The notes beneath the pieces were generated by a model. The model did no database searches. It was given only the letters and a program-made list of their open reading frames with translations, and was not told where the DNA came from. The position numbers were made by a program, and so were the translations under genes. Of a stretch of 64,000 bases of DNA, positions 29,511 through 38,957 are shown in pieces; position 1 is the stretch's first letter; each line of letters starts with the position of its first letter. Origin of the DNA: an uncultured bacterium (GTDB lineage: Bacteria > Patescibacteriota > Patescibacteriia > Patescibacteriales > UBA12465); the NCBI GenBank assembly GCA_938003925.1, contig CALKWQ010000023.1:150554-214553 (forward strand). Direction: 5' to 3'.

Positions 29511-30792
29511 GTTCTTTATAGTTTTTAAAGATGCCGAAACTGGCGCACGCTGTAGACAGTAGCACCACGTCTCCAGTCGTAGCTATTTTTTTGGCTAAAT
29601 TCACGGCTTGCGCCATGTTTTTGGCTGAGTATATTTTTTTCTTGTCCAGACCAGCTTTTTTTGTTTCGGTTAATAAGCGCGGAGTGGCGGCGCCGGTTAA
29701 TAAAATTAAAGCTTTGACTTTTTTAGCAATAATTTTAGCTAACGGTTTAAAGTCAGCTCCTTTGTCGGCTCCGCCAGCAATTTGGATTAGCGGCTCAGTA
29801 AATGACAACAAATCTAAAGCCGTGCTTTCAGGGGTGGTAGAAAAACTGTTGTCAAAATATTTCACTCCGGCGTAAGTGCCGACGAATTCTAAACGATGCT
29901 CTAAATTACGGAAAGACTTGATGGCGGCAGTGTAGGCTGCGGTTGGTAGTTTTAGTGCTTGACTAAGTGCCACGGCAGCGCCGATATTTTCTTGGTTATA
30001 CGTTCCTTGTAGTTTAGAAGGTAGAGCGGAGGCTTGGAAATAGATAGTCTTACCGGATAATTTTTTAGTTTTTAGTTTAGATTTTAATTTTTGGTTAATA
30101 ACTAAAATCTTATTGTCAGGATGATTTGCAATATTGAGTTTAGCTTGCCAATAGTCACTGTAAGAGTGGTGATAATTAGGATTAAGTGGGTCGGCTGGAG
30201 AGAGGTGTTCTTTAAACAGGTTGGTGATGATGGCATAGCGCGGTCCTACACGGAGAGCTTCTAATTGGAAACTAGAAAGTTCCAATACTACCCAGTCGTG
30301 TGGTCGAATACGATCAAAAAAACTGAAAGGAGCAATGCCAATATTGCCGCCCAGCCATACTTTTTTACCAGCCTTTTTAAGAATAGCTGTCATGATAGAG
30401 GCGGTAGTTCCTTTGCCTTTACTGCCAGTGACACCGATAATTTGTTGGCTGGGGCAAGTAGCTAGAAAAAATTCCATAGCGCTGGTTACCAGTGTTCGTC
30501 GCTTGAGCGCTTGTTGGATGCCTGGGCAAGCCAGGGGCCAACCTGGAGAACGAAAGAGTACTTCAAAATCTTCTAAGCGGCGGTTAAAGTCTCGACCTGT
30601 GCGCCAGTGGAGATGTTTGGTATATAAGCTTAGATTTTTATCAGCCTCAATAATAGTAGTTAATTGCGCCGGTGTGCGTTGGTCACAGACAGTGATTTGT
30701 CCTTGGTAATCATGCTTAAACAGCCACGCTAATAGAGCTTGGTTTTCTTTGCCTAGTCCCAGCAGGGCAATATTGTTAGACTGCAAATACAT
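29476..30792 (-). CDS. murD: UDP-N-acetylmuramoyl-L-alanine--D-glutamate ligase
   Basis: It has an N-terminal Rossmann-like segment and the Mur ligase P-loop GVTGSKGKGTTA. Its 438 aa and its position adjacent to murI fit MurD. It overlaps murI by 35 nt. Confidence 0.8.
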   Translation of the reverse strand: MYLQSNNIALLGLGKENQALLAWLFKHDYQGQITVCDQRTPAQLTTIIEADKNLSLYTKHLHWRTGRDFNRRLEDFEVLFRSPGWPLACPGIQQALKRRTLVTSAMEFFLATCPSQQIIGVTGSKGKGTTASIMTAILKKAGKKVWLGGNIGIAPFSFFDRIRPHDWVVLELSSFQLEALRVGPRYAIITNLFKEHLSPADPLNPNYHHSYSDYWQAKLNIANHPDNKILVINQKLKSKLKTKKLSGKTIYFQASALPSKLQGTYNQENIGAAVALSQALKLPTAAYTAAIKSFRNLEHRLEFVGTYAGVKYFDNSFSTTPESTALDLLSFTEPLIQIAGGADKGADFKPLAKIIAKKVKALILLTGAATPRLLTETKKAGLDKKKIYSAKNMAQAVNLAKKIATTGDVVLLSTACASFGIFKNYKERGDQFKYYARQ

Positions 30793-30801
30793 ATTTTATG
30801 T

Positions 30802-33594
30802 TTATTTTAGTTCTCCCCAGTTATCGCCACTAGCAGCCTCCACTACCACTGGCACGGACAAAGGCAAGGCAGACGCCATCAGATTTATTAGGGGCTGAGT
30901 ATATTGTTCCAGCTTATCGGCTTTAACTTCGAAAATCAACTCATCATGCACTTGCAGTAGTAGGCGGATATCAGCCTCTTTGCCTGTTAAGAAATTATTG
31001 ATGTCTAACATCGCTTGTTTAATCATATCAGCAGCAGTTCCCTGAATAGGCATATTAATGGCCATGCGTTCTGCTGCGCGGCGAATCTGTGGTAAGTCGG
31101 CATTTAAGTCAGGCAATGGTCGTCTACGTTTAAATAGGGTTTCAGCATAACCTTGTTGTCTGGCTTCGTTAATGAAGCGTTCCATCATAGTTTTGATACC
31201 CGGATAAACCTGGAGATAGCGGTCAATAAAATTTTTAGCTTCAGCATAGCTAATGCCTGCCCCCTGACTGAGTCCGTGTGGTCCCTGTCCGTAGAGAATG
31301 CCGAAGTTGATAGCTTTAGCTGCGCGACGCATTTCTTTAGTGACGGCTGTTAGCTCAACGCCATTGATGGCCGCAGCTGTAGCGGTATGAATATCTTCCT
31401 GGTTTTTAAAAGCGGCCATCATCTTGTGGTCTTGTGATAGATGAGCAGCTAGACGGAGCTCAATTTGTGAATAATCTAAACTAAGTAATTTATATCCAGT
31501 TTCAGCTACAAAAGCGGCGCGGATGGAGCGACCCTCGGCAGTGCGAGTGGGAATATTTTGAAGATTAGGCTCGGTGGAAGAGAGGCGACCAGTTGCCGCG
31601 ACGCTTTGGTTAAAACTGGTGTGGATGCGTCCATCCTTGGCACTGATTAAAGCAGGTAGGGCTAGGACGTAAGTATTTTGCAGCTTGCTTAATTCTCTGT
31701 ATTTTTGGATTAGCGGGATAATATCATGAGCGCCAATCATTTTTTCTAATTCATCGTCAGCGGTAGAAATGCCGGTCTTGGTTTTTTTAATTCCGCGACT
31801 GTCTAGCTGTAGTGTGTTAAATAAAATATGCTGCAGTTGTTTAGGCGAGTTAAGATTAAATTCGGTGCCAGCTAAAGTATAAGCTTCAGCAGTGAGAGAG
31901 TTTAAGCTTTGTTCCAGTTGTTGCGCTAATATTTTTAAGGGTTTAGGATCCAACTTAATACCAGCATCCTCCATGTCAGCTAAAACTCTAAGTAAGGGCA
32001 TTTCTAAGTGATTGAACAATTCTTGGAAGCCACCTTGGACTAGTTCCGGATTTAAGACTTTTTGCAATTGCCAGGCGCAGTCAGCGTCTTCGCCAGCGTA
32101 TTGAGCCATTTTTTCAGCCGGCACTTGGGAGAAGGCGACAGCGTCTTTACTCTTGCCAATTAATTCCTCGGTACTTATTTTCTCCCAACCGAGTGAGCGT
32201 AAAGTAACGCTGTCTATATTATGCTGGCGATTATCAGGATGGAGTAGATAGGAAGCGAGCAGGCTATCAAAAGCCAGGCCTCTCATTCGAATGCCTTGAT
32301 GTTTTAGCACGCGATAGTCGAACTTAAGGTTGTGTCCATATTTTTTGATTTGTTCATTTTCTAACAGCGGTTGTAATTTTTTTAACCAAGGATGGGCGCT
32401 GTTATTTGGCGCTTGTTGATAGCTAAATAAATCAAGGTTAGCACTGGTTTGTGCTCCCAAGTGAAGATAATAGGCTACGCCTGGTTCCCAGGCAAAAGAT
32501 AAGCCTAGTAGCTGGGCCTGTAAGGGGTCTAGGCCTTCAGTTTCAGTATCAAGCGCAAAGGCTGTCTGAGTTTGCAGTTTTTTAAAGAAAGCTTGGAAGT
32601 CCGCGTCATTGTCTATTAACTGGTATTTTTTAGTCGCTTGGTTACGGGTAAATTTATCAGCGTATTCGTCGCTTTTAATTATTGTGTTTGCTTGGTGAAG
32701 ATTTTTTATCTGTTTGAGCTTGCCTAAAAGAGAACGAAACTCTAATTCTTGGAATAAGCCGACCGCTCTATCTTCGTTAAAGTTGTCTAGGCGCAAATTA
32801 TCCCAGTTAATTTTAATTGGCGCTTGGCGATTGATAGTAGCCAGGCTTTGGCTTAAGTAGGCCTTGTCTTTATCTTGCAGTAAAAGTTCGCGCAGTCGCG
32901 GACGAATGCGTTCATCATTATTATTGGCTGCGGTATAAACACCATCTAAAGTTTGAAAAATTTGTAGTAATTCGGTAGCGCCCTTTTCGCCGATACCTTT
33001 AACGCCGGGTATATTATCGCTAGCATCACCACGTAAAGCCTTATAGTCAACAATCTGGTCTGGCCTGAGACCGTAACGTTCTTTAACCTCTTGATCACCA
33101 TATAGCACGCTCTCACTCAAGCCGCGACTCATGGTGTAGACCGAGGTGCGTGAATCTATCAGTTGTAGGGTGTCCATGTCTCCAGTGATAATAATGCTGT
33201 GCCAAGTAGTGGTGGTTTTAGCTTGGGTGACAATAGTACCAATTAGGTCATCGGCCTCAAAACCATCTTTTTCAAAGATTGGTATTTCTAAAGCTTTAGC
33301 CACTTCTTTAACTAGCGGTATTTGGTCGTAGAGCTCGTCCGGAGCCTTTTCTCTGGTAGCTTTATATTCTTTATATTCTTCATGCCGGAAGGTTGGCGCT
33401 GGTCGATCTAGAGTTAATACGACAAATTCGGGCTTCAATTCCAAAAAAGCCTTTAAAATAAAAGACGTAAAGCCGTAGACGGCATTAACTAAGCGCCCAT
33501 CTTTAGTGGTTAGGGTTGGTGGAATAGCGTGAAAACTGCGGTGAATGAGGGCGTTACCGTCAATAATAACGAATTTAGGTACAGTAGTCTTCAT
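30802..33594 (-). CDS. polA: DNA polymerase I
   Basis: It has the 5'-3' exonuclease domain (VIIDGNALIHRSFHA), a 3'-5' exo-like domain and the polymerase motif A DYSQIELR. Motif B RRAAKAINFGILYG and motif C VHDE are also present. The gene is 930 aa. Confidence 0.95.
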   Translation of the reverse strand: MKTTVPKFVIIDGNALIHRSFHAIPPTLTTKDGRLVNAVYGFTSFILKAFLELKPEFVVLTLDRPAPTFRHEEYKEYKATREKAPDELYDQIPLVKEVAKALEIPIFEKDGFEADDLIGTIVTQAKTTTTWHSIIITGDMDTLQLIDSRTSVYTMSRGLSESVLYGDQEVKERYGLRPDQIVDYKALRGDASDNIPGVKGIGEKGATELLQIFQTLDGVYTAANNNDERIRPRLRELLLQDKDKAYLSQSLATINRQAPIKINWDNLRLDNFNEDRAVGLFQELEFRSLLGKLKQIKNLHQANTIIKSDEYADKFTRNQATKKYQLIDNDADFQAFFKKLQTQTAFALDTETEGLDPLQAQLLGLSFAWEPGVAYYLHLGAQTSANLDLFSYQQAPNNSAHPWLKKLQPLLENEQIKKYGHNLKFDYRVLKHQGIRMRGLAFDSLLASYLLHPDNRQHNIDSVTLRSLGWEKISTEELIGKSKDAVAFSQVPAEKMAQYAGEDADCAWQLQKVLNPELVQGGFQELFNHLEMPLLRVLADMEDAGIKLDPKPLKILAQQLEQSLNSLTAEAYTLAGTEFNLNSPKQLQHILFNTLQLDSRGIKKTKTGISTADDELEKMIGAHDIIPLIQKYRELSKLQNTYVLALPALISAKDGRIHTSFNQSVAATGRLSSTEPNLQNIPTRTAEGRSIRAAFVAETGYKLLSLDYSQIELRLAAHLSQDHKMMAAFKNQEDIHTATAAAINGVELTAVTKEMRRAAKAINFGILYGQGPHGLSQGAGISYAEAKNFIDRYLQVYPGIKTMMERFINEARQQGYAETLFKRRRPLPDLNADLPQIRRAAERMAINMPIQGTAADMIKQAMLDINNFLTGKEADIRLLLQVHDELIFEVKADKLEQYTQPLINLMASALPLSVPVVVEAASGDNWGELK

Positions 33595-33646
33595 AACTTT
33601 ATTTTACCACGGCCTGGAGTTAATAGGCAAAGGCCGATGCGGAGAT

Positions 33647-33675
33647 AAAAAAAGCGCCCACAAAAGTGTAGGCGC
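33647..33675 (-). terminator. Rho-independent terminator on the minus strand (gcgcctacacttttgtgggcgc + T7), just upstream of polA
   Basis: A 5-bp GC stem with a 12-nt loop is followed by ttttttt when read on the minus strand. Confidence 0.5.
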
Positions 33676-34090
33676 AGGGTGAAAATGAAACCGACGTAAT
33701 AACTAGATGGGGAGTCTGACCGAAGTCAGTGGGGGCAAAAGTTATACGTATTCACAATGAGAGTCCGACCGAGGCCGGTTGAAGAAAGAACAAGCCGGTT
33801 AGCGAAGTTGACTAGCTAGGGTGGGTGGTAAACCACCAGCCCGTGGGATTCGTCTTCAACAACTTCATCCAATGCAGCGGCGCATCCATTCGTCGTTGTA
33901 AAAACGACGGGTAAGGGTAGGCTCACGAGTGTGGGCATAATAGCGGCCAGCGCTATGAAAACCAGAGTCGTGCAAGCCATTGCAACATTTAGTTCTTCCA
34001 TGGCTACATTGTTGGATGTCCTTATCTTAGGCCAACGGCTAAAAAAGTCAAGACCGTTTGTCCACAGTGGGAAATTTATTCATCACATTA
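33676..34090. ncRNA. Candidate structured ncRNA with RNase P-RNA-like motifs. Its strand and exact ends are unresolved.
   Basis: The 560-nt gap between polA and the antiporter gene is non-coding and GC-enriched. The + strand shows a long hairpin (ACGUAAUAACU…GGGGAGUCUGAC-CGAA-GUCAG…AGUUAUACGU) followed by AAUGAGAGUCCGACC. The latter resembles P4/CR-I GGAAAGUCCGGGC and pairs with the nearby ACAAGCCGGUUA through a bulged U. AGGGUGGGUGGUAAACCACC resembles CR-II/III AGGGUGAAA-GGUG-CGGUAAGAGCG-CACC. GGGUAAGGGUAGGCUCACGAG resembles the P15 GGGUAGGCUGCUUGAG. The order of these elements is not fully canonical. Confidence 0.4.
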
Positions 34091-34154
34091 AAGATAGGAT
34101 TTTATTTTTTGTGGTCATTTTGGTAAGATAAGATTAATATTAAATCAGTTAATT

Positions 34155-35156
34155 ATGACGACTATTATCTCTCTAGTATTGTTAGCTGCCGTCTTTTTTG
34201 TCATTCTGGGGCATGGCGCTGACTTGTTAGTTGGTAACTTGCGGGCCTTAGCAGACAAAACCAAAATTCATCCCGTGTTACTGGGTACTATTTTAGGTTT
34301 TTTGACCACCATGCCAGAATTTATGGTGGGTCTAAACGCAGTTCGTCAGGGGGTGCCAACTCTTTCTCTGGGTAATATCTGGGGCGGCATCATTGTCATC
34401 TTTGCTCTCATTCTGGGTACATCTATCATCTTACAGCGAGAAATTAAAACCGATGGCCGCCTAGTAGTCATTTTACCCAGTTTTATTTTGATAATCTTTT
34501 CCTTATTTTTAGGCTTGAAGGGGCAATTGCATTATTATGACGGTCTGTTGCTGATTGCTTTTTATTTAGTATTGATTTATTTGGATTATTTGGCCGGTGG
34601 TCACTATCAAGCTGACACTTCTACAGAAAAAGCAGTGTTGGCTGCGGAAAATAAGCAAGAGGCTTGGCGCCATTGGAGCGAACGTTTTCTTTTTTGGAGA
34701 CGTGAACTTAGTCGAGAAACACTGTGGGCGGTCATTGGTCTTTGTTTGGTTTCCGTTGCTTCCTATGCGATTATGGAAATAGCTGATATCGCCTTAGGTA
34801 TTTTCCCTTTGCCGCCATTTTTGGTGGGGTTACTAATTTTTGCCATTGGCACCAATTTGCCAGAAATTACAGTGATGCTGAGGTCCTTAAAGACTAAGAG
34901 TGGTGATTTATCTTTTGGTCATTTAGTTGGCTCGGCGGTGAGTAATGTTTTAGTTTTAGCCCTGCTTACCTTTTTAACTCCCGTGTCGATTAATATCTCT
35001 TGGCGCTATTATTTTTTAATTTTAGCCGTCTTTATCTTATTATCCGTAGTATCCTTATTTTATGTCACCAGGCGCCGTTTCAATCGTTGGGAAGGTTTGG
35101 TCTTAATGGCTTTATATTTTTTATTTGTCGTCTGTGAGCTGTTTGTACGGTGGTAA
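34155..35156 (+). CDS. Putative Ca2+/cation antiporter of the CaCA family (YrbG-like), with about 10 TM helices
   Basis: It contains two internal alpha-repeat-like segments (GTILGFLTTMPEFMVGL and IGTNLPEITVML). The product is a hydrophobic 333-aa protein. Confidence 0.55.
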   Translation: MTTIISLVLLAAVFFVILGHGADLLVGNLRALADKTKIHPVLLGTILGFLTTMPEFMVGLNAVRQGVPTLSLGNIWGGIIVIFALILGTSIILQREIKTDGRLVVILPSFILIIFSLFLGLKGQLHYYDGLLLIAFYLVLIYLDYLAGGHYQADTSTEKAVLAAENKQEAWRHWSERFLFWRRELSRETLWAVIGLCLVSVASYAIMEIADIALGIFPLPPFLVGLLIFAIGTNLPEITVMLRSLKTKSGDLSFGHLVGSAVSNVLVLALLTFLTPVSINISWRYYFLILAVFILLSVVSLFYVTRRRFNRWEGLVLMALYFLFVVCELFVRW

Positions 35157-35184
35157 TAATTAAATTCTTTGTCTTTAATATAAA

Positions 35185-35212
35185 AACTCCGTGATTGCTC
35201 ACGGAGTTTTTT
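35185..35212 (+). terminator. Rho-independent terminator after the antiporter gene (aactccgtga-ttgc-tcacggagtt-ttttt)
   Basis: A perfect 10-bp stem is followed by T5. Confidence 0.75.
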
Positions 35213-35213
35213 G

Positions 35214-35286
35214 TGGACCCTACAGGACTCGAACCTGCCACCCCCTGCTTGCAAAGCAGGTGCTCTACCAGATGAGCTAAGGGCCC
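35214..35286 (-). tRNA. tRNA-Ala (anticodon UGC)
   Basis: The reverse complement is GGGCCCTTAGCTCATCTGGTAGAGCACCTGCTTTGCAAGCAGGGGGTGGCAGGTTCGAGTCCTGTAGGGTCCA. The G3:U70 identity pair is present. The anticodon loop is UUUGCAA. Confidence 0.85.
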
Positions 35287-35342
35287 TCGTCTGACACTGG
35301 ATAGTTTATATGGATTTTTGTCAGTCGTCAATTGGTGTTTGT

Positions 35343-35585
35343 CTATTGCTTGGGGATTAGCGGACTCAGTAGCCAGGAAAAGAAGTTGTTGCCATTACCG
35401 CTCATTAAAACAATGCCGATAAAAATAGCCAGAATGCCTAGTAATTTATAGCCCAAGCGTGAACCACCCTCGCTGCCAAGCTTGTCTTCAAACCAAGCCA
35501 CGCGACCAAAGTTTTGGACAAACCATTCAGTTTTTATGACTAACAAAGCGCCGATGGCGATAACAATCAATCCAAGGATAATCAT
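35343..35585 (-). CDS. Hypothetical small membrane protein with 2 TM helices, translationally coupled to the upstream M23 peptidase gene
   Basis: An 80-aa ORF begins 1 nt after the peptidase stop. It has two hydrophobic helices. Confidence 0.4.
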   Translation of the reverse strand: MIILGLIVIAIGALLVIKTEWFVQNFGRVAWFEDKLGSEGGSRLGYKLLGILAIFIGIVLMSGNGNNFFSWLLSPLIPKQ

Positions 35586-35586
35586 A

Positions 35587-36921
35587 TTATTTAATATAGT
35601 TTAGAGGATTATATCTAGTGCCGTTAATAACAACCTCAAAATGAAGATGGGAGCCGGTAGAGCGGCCGGTTGAACCCATTAAGGCAATTAATTGCCCTTT
35701 TTCGACTTCTTCACCCTTCTTAACCAAGAGCTTAGAGGCATGGCCGTAGCGAGTTTTTTTGCCGCCTCCATGGTTGATAACAATGGTGTTGCCATAACCA
35801 CCATTATAGCCACCTTGAGAAATTTCTACCACCCCCGAATCGGCGGCGTATAGTGGTGTTCCCACCTTGTTGGCTATATCAACACCGTTGTGTTTCCAGG
35901 AAAAGTATTGAGTAATGCGGTGGCCGACTGTGGGCCAAACCATTTTATTGCTACTGATGATTGGTTTATCAGCCGAGACAATATCCTTAATTACCTCTAA
36001 ACCGGAATAGCTATTTTGGCTAGTATTTTTAGCGATATTGCTGCTAGCCGTAGTTGTGCGTTTCACGCCAGGAATAATTAATTGTTGTCCGATAGCAATA
36101 GTGCCAGCGCCACTCAGGCTGTTGCTAGCCATAATTTTATCAGCGCTAGTGTCATAAGTTTGCGCGAGTTTGCCAATAGTATCGCCGCGCTTTACCGTGT
36201 ACAAGAAGCCGTCGGTAGGCAGTATCTTTAATTCATCGCCAATACGGATTAAGCCGAAGGAGCTTAAGTCATTAGCCCAGAGCACGGTGTTAACATTGAG
36301 ACGAAAACGACGAGCAATAGTGCTGATAGTGTCGCCAGCTTTAACTGTATAAGTGATGATACTTGTACGTTCGGCAGGAGTATCAGTTTCAGAGACATTA
36401 CCATTATTATTATTAGTAATAATTTGTTTAGGCTTAACTAGCATGTTGTTGTTTTTTGCTATCAAGCCAGTATCGACTTCTTCATTATTAGCCACCACCC
36501 CCCTAGGGGCAGAAACAGCGCTGCGACGACCGAGGTATTTTTCGGCGCTGAGGGTTTCTGGATTAATGGTTTGGGCATTCTCTTGTACTAATTCATCATT
36601 ATATTGACCAACATCGCTGAATTCGTTTTTAACAATTTCAGCCATTACGCTACGCTTAGTTTTTCCTACTGACGCGCTGGCTTGCTTTTTGTCGGTTAAG
36701 TTTAAAATAAGGGCGGCGAAGATTAAAATCAAGGCTGCTAGGTGTAGCGATTTTTTCTTAATGAGTTCACGCTTGGATTGTCGGCCGAGGTCATACTTTT
36801 TTACCCTAAAAATTAGATAATAGAGTTGGACAAAGGGTCGATAAAACACAAATTTTACCAGCCAAAAAAGCGGCTGAAAGATAGCCGGCAGAGTATGCGC
36901 AATCAGTCCTTTGAGTCCCAT
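35587..36921 (-). CDS. LysM-domain-containing M23 family metallopeptidase with an N-terminal membrane anchor
   Basis: Two LysM repeats are present (YTVKAGDTISTIARRF and YTVKRGDTIGKLAQTY). The C-terminal M23 motifs are HxGxD-like GVDIA and HLHFEV. Confidence 0.8.
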   Translation of the reverse strand: MGLKGLIAHTLPAIFQPLFWLVKFVFYRPFVQLYYLIFRVKKYDLGRQSKRELIKKKSLHLAALILIFAALILNLTDKKQASASVGKTKRSVMAEIVKNEFSDVGQYNDELVQENAQTINPETLSAEKYLGRRSAVSAPRGVVANNEEVDTGLIAKNNNMLVKPKQIITNNNNGNVSETDTPAERTSIITYTVKAGDTISTIARRFRLNVNTVLWANDLSSFGLIRIGDELKILPTDGFLYTVKRGDTIGKLAQTYDTSADKIMASNSLSGAGTIAIGQQLIIPGVKRTTTASSNIAKNTSQNSYSGLEVIKDIVSADKPIISSNKMVWPTVGHRITQYFSWKHNGVDIANKVGTPLYAADSGVVEISQGGYNGGYGNTIVINHGGGKKTRYGHASKLLVKKGEEVEKGQLIALMGSTGRSTGSHLHFEVVINGTRYNPLNYIK

Positions 36922-37120
36922 TAGTAGTTTGAGACTGAAAAGTAAGGATTCAATTGCTATTTTCTTTAGTTTTAGGTTTTTCTTAAGTGTAATATTGTTA
37001 TTACTTAAGTCTTTTTATACTACCATCTAAGCTCATTGCCCGTCAATTTGCGCAGGTCCATTTTTGTTTGCTATAATAATAAAAAAGCAATAGTTTTAGC
37101 TAATAATTAATTTTTAGAAT

Positions 37121-37858
37121 ATGAATAAGCTGGTTTTACTTCGTCATGGTGAAAGTGTGTGGAATCAAAAAGGTTTGTTTACCGGTTGGACAGATGTAGA
37201 CTTAAGTTCTAACGGTGTTTTAGAAGCAAAGAAAGCTGGCCAGAAGCTAAAAAAAGCAGGCTTTAGTTTTGATGTTGCTTATAGTTCCTACTTAAAGCGC
37301 GCACTCAAGACTTTAGATATTGTGTTAGAGGAGACCGATCAGCTCTGGCTGCCGGTGGCTAAAGACTGGCGCTTAAATGAGCGTCACTATGGCAATTTAC
37401 AGGGTTTAAATAAGCAGCAGATGGCTAAAAAATTTGGCGAGGAGCAGGTAAAAATTTGGCGCCGCAGTTACGATGTGCGGCCGCCTAAGATTGAGGCTAG
37501 TAATAAATTTAATCAAAAAGGCGAAGCTAAATATCGAGGCATCAAAGTCCCGACCGCTGAAAGTTTGCAGGACGTTGTCGCCAGGGTACAGCCGATTTGG
37601 GAGCAAGAATTGGCTCCTATGATTAAGGCTGGGTATCGCCTGCTAATAACCGCGTCCGGTAATAGTTTGCGAGCTTTAGTAAAAATTTTGGAAAATATGC
37701 CAGTTGCGGAAATTGTGGATTTTAACATTCCCACCGCCATTCCTTTGGTTTATGAATTGAATGATAAGCTGCAAACTAAATCCAGATATTATCTAGCCAG
37801 CGCTAAAGAATTGAAAGCAGCAACTGATAAGGTAAAAAACCAAGGCAAAAGAAAATAG
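37121..37858 (+). CDS. gpmA: 2,3-bisphosphoglycerate-dependent phosphoglycerate mutase
   Basis: The N-terminal LVLLRHGESVWNQKGLFTGWTDVDLS carries the catalytic His in RHGES. The gene is 245 aa. Confidence 0.9.
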   Translation: MNKLVLLRHGESVWNQKGLFTGWTDVDLSSNGVLEAKKAGQKLKKAGFSFDVAYSSYLKRALKTLDIVLEETDQLWLPVAKDWRLNERHYGNLQGLNKQQMAKKFGEEQVKIWRRSYDVRPPKIEASNKFNQKGEAKYRGIKVPTAESLQDVVARVQPIWEQELAPMIKAGYRLLITASGNSLRALVKILENMPVAEIVDFNIPTAIPLVYELNDKLQTKSRYYLASAKELKAATDKVKNQGKRK

Positions 37859-37882
37859 ATCAAGTAAATTTTAGTCAACATA

Positions 37883-37908
37883 AAAGCCCTGTAAAATACA
37901 GGGCTTTT
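37883..37908. terminator. Bidirectional terminator hairpin between gpmA (+) and the SIS-domain gene (-)
   Basis: aaagccctgta-aaa-tacagggcttt is flanked by A-runs and T-runs. Confidence 0.7.
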
Positions 37909-37928
37909 ATAATTTAATTGAAGAGGGT

Positions 37929-38849
37929 TTAGTTGCCGGGAACCATTAGCGAGAACGGCTTGGCTCCAGGGTAGGCTTTGTAGCCATAATCAGTGCAGAA
38001 GTTATTGATGTTGCTTTGGAAATAGTCTGGTTGTGCACTTTGAATGAGTCCAATTAGAAAATAATTAACCGCCATCATCCAAGCTTGGTCAGCTTGTCGG
38101 GGAGGAGTAATAATGAGGCGATGCTTTGGGTGGCCGAAGTAGTCATTATTGCCATAAGAGATAACTAATTCCTTTTGTGATCTGACCACGAATTTAGCGT
38201 GCCTGGCTTCACCGTAAGAGAAAGCGCGCAGGGAGAGATTGGGACCAAAAAGTTCATCTCTTTTGATTTCCAGCATAGGCGCGATGGCCATAAATTCATC
38301 CGGCAAGATAAAAGAATAAGCATGATACTTTTTGAAATTCTTTGGCAGTTTAAGTTGGAGGATAAAGCGAGCAATATCTTCGGTCTTCTCCCCACTTACC
38401 GCTAGCATCATTCCCATATAAGTTGAGGTATTGTAAGTGTATGGTTCTGGTAGTTTGCGGAAAATGTGAACCTCGTCGGCCAACTTGGCCCCACTAGAGT
38501 CCGCTGCGCAAGTAAATAAGGTTGTTTTGAGCCCACGTTTTTTGGCCATTTTTATTTCCCAAACTGAGTCTTTTTCGCCGGAAGCAGAAATAATGACCGC
38601 GTGAGTGATGGTTTTGTTTTTTATTAAATCCCGGTATCTGGTTAGTGTCTCTTTAAAATTACTTTCGTTAGCGAAGATAGCTTTTTGCTGACTAAAAATA
38701 ACCGTGCCTGCGTTATAAGCGTTGCCGCTGCCAACGACAATTGGAAAAGTATATTTTTTTAAACTGAGACGAGCCGGCCTATTTTTCTGGAAAAAATCTA
38801 GAGCTTTTAGGACGCTTAAGTTTAAAGAATCTAATTTTACTTGAGCCAT
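37929..38849 (-). CDS. Hypothetical protein with an N-terminal SIS-like (sugar isomerase) domain and a C-terminal domain of unknown function
   Basis: FPIVVGSGNAYNAG…VIISASGEKDSVWEIKMAKKRG resembles the SIS-domain phosphosugar-binding pattern (G-x-G-x-S … IS-x-SG-x-T). The remaining roughly 150 aa were not recognised. Confidence 0.4.
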   Translation of the reverse strand: MAQVKLDSLNLSVLKALDFFQKNRPARLSLKKYTFPIVVGSGNAYNAGTVIFSQQKAIFANESNFKETLTRYRDLIKNKTITHAVIISASGEKDSVWEIKMAKKRGLKTTLFTCAADSSGAKLADEVHIFRKLPEPYTYNTSTYMGMMLAVSGEKTEDIARFILQLKLPKNFKKYHAYSFILPDEFMAIAPMLEIKRDELFGPNLSLRAFSYGEARHAKFVVRSQKELVISYGNNDYFGHPKHRLIITPPRQADQAWMMAVNYFLIGLIQSAQPDYFQSNINNFCTDYGYKAYPGAKPFSLMVPGN

Positions 38850-38957
38850 ATTTTTAATTAATTTGCCTAATTTTATTGATGTTTACATTATAGAGGATAT
38901 TGATTTTTATTTCAATTTAGGATAAGATGGGGGCGTAATAATTAATCTTAAAATGCT

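Noticed and set aside
33816-34131. Two small ORFs (61 aa on the minus strand, 66 aa on the plus strand) in the polA/antiporter spacer. They include an ALAA-containing peptide that briefly suggested a tmRNA tag frame.
   Set aside because: The region is better explained as structured RNA. The ALAA is not followed by a stop. No tmRNA 5' GGGG…GGAUUCGACGGG or 3' tRNA-like T-arm/CCA was found on either strand. No SRP helix-8 GGAA motif was found either.
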